DNA of 63,983 nt, counting the filler, from Licmophora abbreviata (taxonomy: Eukaryota): NCBI GenBank assembly GCA_900291995.1. It is 12 parts of 12 records of this genome, joined end to end, with 100 filler letters (N's around TTAATTAATTAA, not from the genome) between each part and the next. Parts side by side here need not be neighbours in the genome. Positions count along the whole stretch, not along the records: positions 52,951 to 62,221 come from OLMU01005115.1; positions 62,322 to 63,983 come from OLMU01005121.1; 10 more parts are not named here. One strand, given 5' to 3'. Shown here one piece after another: positions 55,244 through 63,983 of this stretch. The number at the start of each line of letters is the position of its first letter. The stretch's first letter is position 1. A program made the position numbers and the translations under genes. The notes under the pieces were generated by a model. It saw only the letters and a list, made by a program, of their open reading frames with translations. It was not told the DNA's origin and did no database searches.

Positions 55244-55276
55244 GATACCGACGCGATACCGACGTTATACCGATCG
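55244..55276 (+). repeat. Second array of the 11-bp GATACCGACGC repeat, x3
   Basis: gataccgacgc/gataccgacgt/tataccgatcg. Confidence 0.85.
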
Positions 55277-55318
55277 GGTTTTTCCCTGTTAACCAGGGGG
55301 TTGAGGGTGAGTCGCGGC

Positions 55319-56986
55319 TCAGCCGGTCCGGATCGCCGTTCCCAGCTTCGCACTCCGCCGCCCCTGCGTGCCATCCCGCCCCAAGGTCCGGCAGAGCAGC
55401 GCCACCGGGATCAACCCGAACGCCACCAGCACCAGCGACGGCACCGCCGCCTCCGACAGCCGCTCATCCGACGCCAGCCTATGCGCCTGCACCGCCAGCG
55501 TCTGGAAATTGAACGGGTGCAGGATCAGCGTGGCCGGCAATTCCTTCATCACATCGACGAACACGATCAGCAGCGCCGTCAGCACACTGGTGCGCGCCAC
55601 AGGCAGATGCACCCGCCACAAAAGCCGCGGCCCCGGCTGCCCGAGCGACCGGCCAATCGCGTCGTAATGCACTGGAACTGTTGCCATTCCGCTGTCATAG
55701 GCATTCAGCGCGGCGGCCATGAACCGCGCCATATAGGCCACGATCATCAGCCATATCGACCCGGTGATCAGCAGCCCCGTACTGATCCCGAACGTGGCCT
55801 CCATCACATCGTCGATCAGGTTGTCGAGCGCCGCCATCGGCACCATCAGCCCCACCGCGATCACGCCGCCCGGCACCGCATATCCCAGCCCCGCGCCCAC
55901 CACCATCAGCCGCGACCGGCGGTCCGGTCGGGTGCGCGCGCGAAACCCGATCAGCACCGCCCCGATCACCGTCAGCACGGCGGCAACCCCCGCCAGCAAA
56001 ACGGAATTCTGCATCAGCGACAGGTACCGGCTGTCAAACAGGTTCTGCCCCGACCCCACCGCCATGAACCCCAGCATTACAACGGGAATCAGGAAGCCAA
56101 GCGCCACCGGCGCAAGGCAGAACGCCGCCGCCATCCAGCCCGCCGCACCGGTCAACTCGGGCCGTTCCATCGTCTCGAACCGCGCGCCCTGCCCTGCAGT
56201 GCGCGCCTTGCCGCGCTGCGCCCGTTCCAGCCCCGCCAGAAGCAGCGCAAAGCTCAGCAAACAAAGGGATAATTGCGCCGCCGCCGCCCGATCCCCAAGC
56301 GAGAACCACGCCTGGTAAATCCCCGTGGCAAAGGTCTGCACATTGAAGAACGCCACGGTTCCATAATCCGCGATGGTCTCCATCACCGCCAGCAGCGCGC
56401 CCCCCGCAATCGCCGGCCGCGCCATCGGCAGCGCCACCCGCAGAAAGGCCCGGACAGGCGAGCGCCCAAGCGTCCGCGCCACCAGAAACGCGTTCGAGGA
56501 TTGCTGTTTGAAAGACGCCCGCGCCAGCAGGTAGACATAGGGATAAAGCACGATGGTCAGCATCAACGCCGCCCCGCCCAGACTGCGGATTTCTGGGAAC
56601 CAATACTCCCTCGGCCCCCAGCCCGTCACCTCGCGCAGCAAGGTCTGGACCGGTCCTGGATGATCCAGCAGCGACGTATAGGCATAGGCCAGCACATAGG
56701 CCGGAAAAGCCAGCGGCAGCGCCAGCGCCACCTCCAGCCAGCGGGAGCCGGGAAAGCGGTAGACAGTGACAAGCCAAGCCGTAACACTGCCGATCAGTGC
56801 CGTCGAAACCCCTACAATCATGACCAAAATCAGCGTCGTGCGCGCATAGCGCGGCAGGACTGAGGCGAGAATATCGCGCCACGTGTCCAGATCGCCGGTG
56901 AATGCCGCCAGCGCCGCCGCCAGGATCGGCGCGACGCAAAGGATCACGGCAATCCACGCAATTCGATGCAGCAGGCGTTCGGACAT
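55319..56986 (-). CDS. Fe(III) ABC transporter permease (FbpB/FutB-like)
   Basis: Two permease repeats; LPLAFPAYV, METIADYG, VDVMKELPATL. Confidence 0.92.
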   Translation of the reverse strand: MSERLLHRIAWIAVILCVAPILAAALAAFTGDLDTWRDILASVLPRYARTTLILVMIVGVSTALIGSVTAWLVTVYRFPGSRWLEVALALPLAFPAYVLAYAYTSLLDHPGPVQTLLREVTGWGPREYWFPEIRSLGGAALMLTIVLYPYVYLLARASFKQQSSNAFLVARTLGRSPVRAFLRVALPMARPAIAGGALLAVMETIADYGTVAFFNVQTFATGIYQAWFSLGDRAAAAQLSLCLLSFALLLAGLERAQRGKARTAGQGARFETMERPELTGAAGWMAAAFCLAPVALGFLIPVVMLGFMAVGSGQNLFDSRYLSLMQNSVLLAGVAAVLTVIGAVLIGFRARTRPDRRSRLMVVGAGLGYAVPGGVIAVGLMVPMAALDNLIDDVMEATFGISTGLLITGSIWLMIVAYMARFMAAALNAYDSGMATVPVHYDAIGRSLGQPGPRLLWRVHLPVARTSVLTALLIVFVDVMKELPATLILHPFNFQTLAVQAHRLASDERLSEAAVPSLVLVAFGLIPVALLCRTLGRDGTQGRRSAKLGTAIRTG

Positions 56987-57072
56987 ATCGGTGCTTTCGG
57001 CGGTTCAGGCGCTATGGCTGCCACAAAACGCAGCCGGGTTCCAGACATTCCCGACAAAAAAAGTGTGGGATG

Positions 57073-57101
57073 CGGTGCGGCCCAATCTTCGGGCCGCACC
57101 G
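57073..57101. terminator. Hairpin CGGTGCGGCCC-N7-GGGCCGCACCG downstream of the small secreted gene
   Basis: Perfect 11-bp stem seen directly. Confidence 0.6.
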
Positions 57102-57116
57102 GGTTGCGGCTTCGCG

Positions 57117-57494
57117 TCAGCGATCCAGCGGTCTTGCCTGCGTCAGATAGGCCTCGACAGCGGCACGCAGACGCTCGGGGTCATCGCCTTCGGATGTCTG
57201 GTGGACCTCCTCCAGAACCACAGGCAGCGCGCCCAGCTCCTCGTTGATCTTCGCAAGGGCGATTTCCAGCGTGTAGGTATATTGGTGCACCTCTTCCATA
57301 TCCGCCGTCGTCAGCGGATCGCGGTCCAGCACATCGGCCAACTTGTCGTTATATTTCGCGAAATTCTCGACTGCCTGCTCCAGCGTCTCGGATGGTTCGG
57401 GCGCATAATGCGTCACCTGCTCGGCTGTTGCAGGCACCAAATGCCCGAGCGTGATCGCCGCAGCTATGATGAGACTTCCAACGGTATGTTTCAT
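57117..57494 (-). CDS. Small secreted helical protein (DUF6746-like)
   Basis: Signal peptide; ETLEQAVENFAKYN, HQYTYTLE, LEEVHQTSE. Confidence 0.7.
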   Translation of the reverse strand: MKHTVGSLIIAAAITLGHLVPATAEQVTHYAPEPSETLEQAVENFAKYNDKLADVLDRDPLTTADMEEVHQYTYTLEIALAKINEELGALPVVLEEVHQTSEGDDPERLRAAVEAYLTQARPLDR

Positions 57495-57941
57495 CGGTCT
57501 GATCCTTTTTTGGATGTGTCATGCTGGCTGCCGCGCGGGTTGGCCGATGATCCACCGACTGCGTACCGCTCAGGTCGCTCTCGTTTCGCGAGGACAGCTC
57601 TGCACCATCACCATTCGGGTACAGACCATCCGCGCGACATCGCCGCGACGCTCGCGCAAAAGCCGGAAACCCAGGCCTCGCGCCACGCCACTCCGATGTC
57701 TTTCTCACGGCTAGGGGAGAGTGAGATTGCTGTCAATATTTCCCGATTATTTTTGTAAGTCTTTAAGTCATTCGCACGGCCTGAACCTCTCGCAATCTGG
57801 ACGATCCAGACTGCACTTGACGACACGTCATGCCCAGATGACGAATTATCTTTTGGCGTTCGCATACACCAAGGTTAATCTTGCCTATCGTTAAGGTTAC
57901 GAATTCAGAGATAAATCCAAAATATCGACAGGGAGTCCACA

Positions 57942-59519
57942 ATGAAAACGACAGCAATTCTGACCGCAGCCCTGCTGGCCAGCACATCGATCGGCGCGTC
58001 TGCCGAGACGCTGCGTTGGGCCCGCGCGGGGGATTCGCTCACGCTCGATCCGCATGCGCAGAACGAAGGGCCGACCCACACGCTGGCCCATCAGATATAT
58101 GAACCACTGATCATCCGCGACATGACCGGCGCCTTCCAGCCGGCGCTTGCGACGGACTGGGCGCCCAAGGCGGATGATCCCAACGTATGGGTTTTCAACC
58201 TGCGCCAGGGCGTCACGTACCATGACGGCTCGGATTTCACCGCCGAGGATGTCGTCTTTTCCATCACCCGCGCGAAATCCGAGAATTCCAACATGAAAGA
58301 GCTTCTGACCTCGGTGGTCGAAGTGCGCGCCGTGGACGATCATACCGTCGAATTCGTAACCGACGGACCGAACCCGATCCTGCCCTCGAACCTGACCAAC
58401 CTGTTCATGATGGACAAAGGCTGGGCCGAGGCGAACGACTCCGTCACCGTGCAAGACGTCGAAGGCGGGCAGACCACCTTCGCCTCCACCAACGCCATGG
58501 GCACCGGCGCCTACAAGCTGGTCAGCCGCGAGCCTGACGTGAAAACCGTCCTGACCCAGAACGAAACCTACTGGGGCAAGGACGATTTCCCGATGGATGT
58601 GACCGAGATCGTCTACACTCCGATCCAGAACGCCGCCACCCGCGTCGCGGCGCTTTTGTCGGGCGAAGTCGATTTCATTCAGGACGTGCCCGTGCAGGAT
58701 CTGGGCCGCGTGGGCGAGACCGAGGGTCTGGTCGTCAAGACAGCGCCTCAGAACCGGGTGATCTTCTTCGGGATGAACATGGGTGCAGACGATATCGCCA
58801 ATGACGATGTTGAAGGCAAGAACCCGCTGGCAGATGTGCGCGTGCGCAAGGCCATGTCCATGGCGATCAACCGCGACGCCATCAAGCAGGTGGTGATGCG
58901 CGGGCAATCCCAGCCCGCCGGCATGATCGCGCCCCCCTTCGTCAATGGCTGGACCGCCGAGATGGACAGCTCGGCCAAGACCGATATCGACGCCGCCAAG
59001 GCACTGATCGCGGATGCCGGATATGGTGATGGCTTCTCGATTCAGCTCGACTGCCCGAACGACCGCTACGTCAACGACGAGGCGATCTGTCAGGCCGCCG
59101 TGGGCATGCTGGCGCAGATCGGTGTCACCGTGAATCTCGACGCGAAACCCAAGGCACAGCATTTCCCACTGATCACCAATGATCAGACGGATTTCTACAT
59201 GCTGGGCTGGGGCGTTCCGACTTACGATTCCGAATATGTCTTCAACTTCCTCGTTCACACCCGTGGCGAGGATCGCGGCAGCTGGAACGGCACCGGCTTC
59301 TCGAATGCGGACGTCGACGCGATGATCGTGTCGCTGGCCTCCGAGACCGACCTTGCCAAGCGCAACGAGACTATCCAGTCGATCTGGAACGTCGTGCAGG
59401 AAGAGCAACTCTATATCCCGATCCACCATCAGGTGCTCAACTGGGGCATGACCAGCGCGGTCGGCACCGAAGTCAGCCCCGAGGATGACCCGAAGTTCAA
59501 GTTCTTCACGATGAACTGA
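57942..59519 (+). CDS. Peptide/nickel ABC transporter substrate-binding protein (family 5)
   Basis: TLDPH, IYEPL, FNLRQGVTYHDG, GTGAYKL; signal peptide and RBS. Confidence 0.95.
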   Translation: MKTTAILTAALLASTSIGASAETLRWARAGDSLTLDPHAQNEGPTHTLAHQIYEPLIIRDMTGAFQPALATDWAPKADDPNVWVFNLRQGVTYHDGSDFTAEDVVFSITRAKSENSNMKELLTSVVEVRAVDDHTVEFVTDGPNPILPSNLTNLFMMDKGWAEANDSVTVQDVEGGQTTFASTNAMGTGAYKLVSREPDVKTVLTQNETYWGKDDFPMDVTEIVYTPIQNAATRVAALLSGEVDFIQDVPVQDLGRVGETEGLVVKTAPQNRVIFFGMNMGADDIANDDVEGKNPLADVRVRKAMSMAINRDAIKQVVMRGQSQPAGMIAPPFVNGWTAEMDSSAKTDIDAAKALIADAGYGDGFSIQLDCPNDRYVNDEAICQAAVGMLAQIGVTVNLDAKPKAQHFPLITNDQTDFYMLGWGVPTYDSEYVFNFLVHTRGEDRGSWNGTGFSNADVDAMIVSLASETDLAKRNETIQSIWNVVQEEQLYIPIHHQVLNWGMTSAVGTEVSPEDDPKFKFFTMN

Positions 59520-59605
59520 CGCTTATTCGGGCGGGCCGCATGCCCGCCCGGACAGGCCGCGCCCCACCTATGGGGCGCGGTTTTCCGCATTGATCGGAGC
59601 CCCAG

Positions 59606-60589
59606 ATGCTCGCCTATATCATCCGCCGCGTATTCCAGTCCGTGCTGGTCCTGCTGATCGTGGGGCTTGTCGCGTTCTCGATGTTCGCCTTCGTGGGCGA
59701 CCCGGTCGACAACATGCTCGGTCAGGAACGCACCCAAGCCGATATCGAGCGTCTGCGCCAGCAGCTTGGCCTCGACCGGCCCTTCATCGTGCAATACTGG
59801 CTGTTTCTCGAACAGGCGGTTCAGGGCAATTTCGGTCTCAGCTACCGACAGGGCCGCCCCGTCGCCGAGATCCTCATGGAGCGCCTGCCCGCAACGCTGG
59901 AACTGGCCTTCGTATCGGGCCTTCTGGCCCTGTTTGGCGGCATCGCGCTTGGCATCTTCACGGCGATCCGCCGTCGCGGCGCTGCGGCGAATGTCATCAT
60001 GACGCTGTCGCTGATCGGCGTGTCGCTGCCCACCTTCCTGATCGGCATCCTTCTGATCTATGTCTTTGCCGTCGAACTTGGCTGGCTGCCCAGCTTCGGC
60101 CGCGGCGAGGTGACGGATCTTGGCGGCTGGACCACGGGCTTTCTGACGGCAAGCGGCCTCAAGGCGCTGATCCTGCCGGCGATCACCCTTGGGCTTTACC
60201 AGATGACGCTGATCATGCGCTTGGTGCGCACCGAGATGCTCGAAGTGCTGCGCATGGACTACATCCGCTTCGCCCGCGCCCGTGGCATCCGCGAAAAATC
60301 GGTCAATTTCCGCCATGCCCTGAAGAACACGCTGGTGCCCGTCATCACCATCACCGGCCTGCAACTGGGCAGCATCATCGCCTTCGCAATCATCACCGAG
60401 ACGGTGTTCCAATGGCCCGGCGTCGGCCTTCTTTTCATCAACGCGATCCAGTTCGTCGATATCCCGGTGATGGCCGCCTATCTGATGATGATCTCGGTGA
60501 TGTTCGTCGGCATCAACCTGATCGTGGACATGCTCTATTTCGCGATCGACCCGCGCCTGCGCGTCGACCGCACCGCAGGAGGGCACTGA
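59606..60589 (+). CDS. Peptide ABC permease (DppB/OppB-like)
   Basis: LGLDRP, ERLPATLEL, DYIRFARARG, ETVFQWPG. Confidence 0.95.
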   Translation: MLAYIIRRVFQSVLVLLIVGLVAFSMFAFVGDPVDNMLGQERTQADIERLRQQLGLDRPFIVQYWLFLEQAVQGNFGLSYRQGRPVAEILMERLPATLELAFVSGLLALFGGIALGIFTAIRRRGAAANVIMTLSLIGVSLPTFLIGILLIYVFAVELGWLPSFGRGEVTDLGGWTTGFLTASGLKALILPAITLGLYQMTLIMRLVRTEMLEVLRMDYIRFARARGIREKSVNFRHALKNTLVPVITITGLQLGSIIAFAIITETVFQWPGVGLLFINAIQFVDIPVMAAYLMMISVMFVGINLIVDMLYFAIDPRLRVDRTAGGH

Positions 60590-60590
60590 G

Positions 60591-61532
60591 ATGGCCGATA
60601 CACGCAGCGATATCCGTCCCACCCGACTGCACCGCGCCTGGAACAGCGACATCGCTTGGTCATTCCGTCATGCGCCGGTCGCCATGGTGTCGACGCTGGT
60701 GGTTGTGGTGCTGGTCCTCGGCGCAGTACTGGCGCCCCTGATCGCGCCTCATAACCCGTTCAATCCCGCGACCTTGAACCTGATGAACGGCTTCACCCCG
60801 CCGGGCGTCGCCAACCAGTTCACCGGGGATTTCTTCGTGCTCGGCACCGACGATCAGGGCCGCGACGTCTTTTCGACGATCCTCTACGGGATGCGCATCT
60901 CGCTGTTCGTGGGCTTCTCGGCGGTGCTTCTGGCAATGGTGCTCGGCGTAACCCTCGGCCTCTTGGCGGGCTACGCGGGAGGCTGGACCGAAACGATCAT
61001 CATGCGCATCGCCGATGTGCAGCTGACCTTCCCTGCGATCCTCGTGGCGATGCTGATCTTCGGAATCGCCAAGGGCATCACCCCACCCGAATACCGCGAC
61101 CAGATGGCGATCTGGGTGCTGATCCTAGCCATCGGCCTCAGCGATTGGGTGCAGTTCGCCCGGGTGGTGCGTGGCGCCACACTGGTGGAAAAGAACAAGG
61201 AATACGTGCAAGCCGCGCGCCTGATCGGGCGCACGCCCTTTGCCATCATGCTGCGCCACATCCTGCCGAATGTTCTCAACCCTGTGCTGGTGATCGCCAC
61301 CATCAGCCTTGCGCTGGCGATCATCGCCGAGGCGACACTGTCCTTCCTCGGCGTAGGCGCCCCCCCGACCAAACCCAGCCTCGGCACGCTCATACGCATC
61401 GGTCAGGAATTCATGTTCTCCGGCGAATGGTGGATCCTGTTCTTCCCCGCCGCCACGCTTCTGGCGCTGGCGCTGTCGATCAACCTGCTGGGCGACTGGC
61501 TGCGCGACGCATTGAACCCGAGGCTCAGATGA
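60591..61532 (+). CDS. Peptide ABC permease (DppC/OppC-like)
   Basis: LGTDDQGRD, EYVQAAR, EATLSFLG, GDWLRDALNP. Confidence 0.95.
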   Translation: MADTRSDIRPTRLHRAWNSDIAWSFRHAPVAMVSTLVVVVLVLGAVLAPLIAPHNPFNPATLNLMNGFTPPGVANQFTGDFFVLGTDDQGRDVFSTILYGMRISLFVGFSAVLLAMVLGVTLGLLAGYAGGWTETIIMRIADVQLTFPAILVAMLIFGIAKGITPPEYRDQMAIWVLILAIGLSDWVQFARVVRGATLVEKNKEYVQAARLIGRTPFAIMLRHILPNVLNPVLVIATISLALAIIAEATLSFLGVGAPPTKPSLGTLIRIGQEFMFSGEWWILFFPAATLLALALSINLLGDWLRDALNPRLR

Positions 61533-62221
61533 CCGCACCACCCGTCCTGTCCGTCCGTAACCTCGTTGTGGAAATTCCCACACGCCACGGCGTGCTGCGT
61601 CCCGTCGATGCCGTCAGCTATGACATCCACGCGGGCGAAATCCTTGGCGTCGTCGGCGAATCCGGCGCTGGAAAATCCATGACCGGCAATGCGGTGATCG
61701 GCCTTTTGGACCCGCCCGCGCGGATCGTCTCGGGCGAGATCCTGCTGTCGGGCCAACCGGTCCACACCCTCAGGGGTGACGCCTTGCGCCGGCTGCGCGG
61801 CAAACGGATGGGCATGATCTTTCAGGATCCGCTGACCTCGCTCAACCCGCTGCTCACCGTCGGCGACCAGCTGACCGAAACGATCCTCGAGCATCTCGAC
61901 GTCGCCCCCTCCGAGGCCCGCAAGCGCGCCATTGCAGCCCTCGAAGAGGTGGGCATCCCCGCCGCCCGCGACCGGATCGACAGCTATCCGCATGAATTTT
62001 CCGGCGGGATGCGGCAGCGCGTGGTGATCGCCCTTGCGCTCTGCGCCGAACCCGATCTCGTGATCGCGGACGAGCCTACGACCGCTCTGGATGTGTCCGT
62101 GCAAGCCCAGATCATCGCGCTCCTCAAGCGGCTTTGCCGCGACCGTGGCGTGGCGGTGATGCTGGTCACACATGACATGGGCGTCATCGCCGAGGCCGCC
62201 GACCGCGTGGCGGTCATGTAT
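61529..62221 (+). CDS. Peptide ABC ATP-binding protein (DppD-like), truncated
   Basis: GESGAGKS, FSGGMRQR, IADEPTTALD; ATGA overlap with the permease stop. Confidence 0.95.
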
Positions 62222-62321
62222 NNNNNNNNNNNNNNNNNNNNNNNNNNNNNNNNNNNNNNNNNNNNTTAATTAATTAANNNNNNNNNNNNNNNNNNNNNNN
62301 NNNNNNNNNNNNNNNNNNNNN

Positions 62322-62710
62322 TGTGTCACCGTCCGGGCCGGTGCGGTCCGCGCAGGTGCTGTGGCCGGCGCAGCCGGGGCTGTCTGAACACGGGTTGTCT
62401 GGGCGGGGGCAGCTGCTCGGGGGGCGGTCTGGGCGGGGGCGTCAGCCGTCCGGCTCAATCCCGGAAGGCTGGGCTGAAACCCGCAGACCAGTTGGCGCGA
62501 GCGTGTCACGCGCGGCACCCAGGTGGTCGCACCACCCACGCCGGCCCGGATGAACACGCAGCCGTTGCTGTCAACATATTGGCGTCCGGCAAAGGATGCT
62601 GGCGGAATTTCTGCGGGAATGGCGTTGGTTGACGATTGCTGTGCGGGCGCATTTTCGCCCAAGCCCAGAACCGCGACAGCAGCAATCGCAACGACTTTCA
62701 AAACTCTCAT
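62322..62710 (-). CDS. N-terminus of a Rhodobacteraceae SPOR-domain-type secreted protein, truncated
   Basis: Signal peptide, PPASFAGRQYVDSNGCVFIRAG…WVPRV…CG, and a Pro/Ala linker; the SPOR domain itself is not visible. Confidence 0.7.
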
Positions 62711-62775
62711 GACACACCCCGGAACAGACGGGCAAAGTCTGCCCGATTTGTTCCGGTTAGTAAACAGCGAATAGC

Positions 62776-63408
62776 TTATTTTGTGCCATACATGCGGTCA
62801 CCCGCATCACCTAGTCCCGGTAGGATATATCCTTTGTCGTTCAGCCGCTCATCCAGTGCCGCCGTGACAATCGGCACATCGGGATGCGCCTCCTTCATTC
62901 GGGCCACCCCTTCGGGCGCGGCCAGCAGGCACAAGAACCGGATATGCTTTGCCCCCGACTGCTTGAGCAGGTCCACCGCCGCCGCCGAGGAATTGCCCGT
63001 CGCCAACATCGGATCGACCACGATCACCATGCGCTCGTCCAGATAATCGGGGACCTTGAAGTAATATTGCACCGGCTTCAGCGTCTTTTCGTCCCGGTAA
63101 AGCCCGACAAAGCCCACCCTTGCAGACGGGATCAGCTCCAGCATCCCGTCCAACAGGCCATTTCCCGCCCGCAGGATCGAAATCAGCGCCAGCTTGCGGC
63201 CCGCCAGAACCGGGGCGTCCATCTCCTGCAGGGGCGTTTCGATACGCCGTGTGGTCATGTCCAGTTCATAGGTGACTTCATAGGCCAGAAGCTGACTGAT
63301 CTCGCGCAGAAGCTGCCGGAATACGGCGGTCGAGGTGCCCTTTTCCCGCATGAGCGTCAATTTGTGCTGGATAAGCGGGTGTTTGACGACGGTCAGATGC
63401 TCTTTCAT
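62776..63408 (-). CDS. upp: Uracil phosphoribosyltransferase
   Basis: [36 protein letters not shown]. Confidence 0.97.
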   Translation of the reverse strand: MKEHLTVVKHPLIQHKLTLMREKGTSTAVFRQLLREISQLLAYEVTYELDMTTRRIETPLQEMDAPVLAGRKLALISILRAGNGLLDGMLELIPSARVGFVGLYRDEKTLKPVQYYFKVPDYLDERMVIVVDPMLATGNSSAAAVDLLKQSGAKHIRFLCLLAAPEGVARMKEAHPDVPIVTAALDERLNDKGYILPGLGDAGDRMYGTK

Positions 63409-63493
63409 CTCGGGATCCTCGAATGTGCCGGTCTATGCGTTCACCCTGTTTTTCAGAAACCGCCGCCAAGGGCAACGGGATTGGGCACTGCGT

Positions 63494-63983
63494 CTAGGGC
63501 AGAAAACTGCGCCCCGCCCCCCGCTCAGGCAGCTTGAGATGCGCGGCAACACTGGCGGCCACATCCACGAAAGCCACTTTGCCGATCTGTCCACTCCCCC
63601 GCCCCGCCACCAGCACCGGCACCCGCTCACGGGTATGTTCGGTGCCGGGCCAAGTCGGGTCATTGCCATGATCGGCGGTCAGCACCATCAGATCGCCGGG
63701 TCGCAGGGACGGCAGGATACGCCCGAGCGCCGCATCGAACCGTTCCAGCGCTCTCGCATAGCCCTCCACATCGCGACGATGCCCATAAAGACTGTCGAAT
63801 TCCACGACATTGGCGAAGGTCAGGCTTCCCGGCTCGGCCTCATCCACGGCACGGGCCAGATGGTCCATCAGCTCGGCATCGGTGCCCTTCCGGACATCAT
63901 CGATCCCCCGCATCGAGAAGATGTCCCCGATCTTTCCAATGGCGTGCACCTTGCCCCCGCCTCCTGCACCCAATCGCACAGCG
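63494..63983 (-). CDS. deoB: Phosphopentomutase, C-terminal part
   Basis: IGKIGDIF, FDSLYGHRRD, TADHGNDPT, HTRERVP. Confidence 0.95.
   Translation of the reverse strand, partial: AVRLGAGGGGKVHAIGKIGDIFSMRGIDDVRKGTDAELMDHLARAVDEAEPGSLTFANVVEFDSLYGHRRDVEGYARALERFDAALGRILPSLRPGDLMVLTADHGNDPTWPGTEHTRERVPVLVAGRGSGQIGKVAFVDVAASVAAHLKLPERGAGRSFLP

Noticed and set aside
42199..63983. Large bacterial-to-alga horizontal transfer
   Set aside because: The junction is a spacer; the bacterial part keeps operons, RBSs and distinct GC, so it is a separate genome.

Overview
The window is a concatenation of 12 contigs joined by artificial N44-TTAATTAATTAA-N44 spacers, and it holds two organisms. Positions 1-42198 are eukaryotic and diatom/stramenopile-like, with GT-AG introns and bipartite plastid-type presequences. 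This half encodes an SMG7/EST1-like protein, a GST, an aquaporin, beta-adaptin, organellar CysRS, an HMT1/ABCB6-like transporter, MetAP1, a large type I PKS, a rolling-stone-like membrane protein, a CpG-depleted probable TE relic, organellar PheRS, DCP2, a JmjC protein, a NAPE-PLD-like protein, the SPT small subunit, CDP-DAG synthase and a Bacteroidetes-like KDN-9-P phosphatase. Positions 42299-63983 are GC-rich Rhodobacteraceae/Roseobacter-type bacterial DNA: pntAB, an MBL-rhodanese-ICMT operon, SDR-kynU, a Hint protein, tmm-tdm, an Fe ABC permease, a peptide ABC operon, upp and deoB. The best candidate for an undescribed system is the eukaryotic, intron-containing, fully reducing PKS with domain order KS-AT-DH-(pseudo-MT)-ER-KR-ACP-thioester reductase-sulfotransferase. 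It resembles a fusion of the sponge-symbiont SwfA and SwfB proteins and is predicted to make alkyl sulfates. The second candidate is an apparently horizontally acquired KDN-9-phosphate phosphatase next to lipid and sphingolipid genes. Several eukaryotic genes carry single-base deletions in homopolymer runs, most likely sequencing errors. All family assignments come from motifs recognised by eye; no searches were run.
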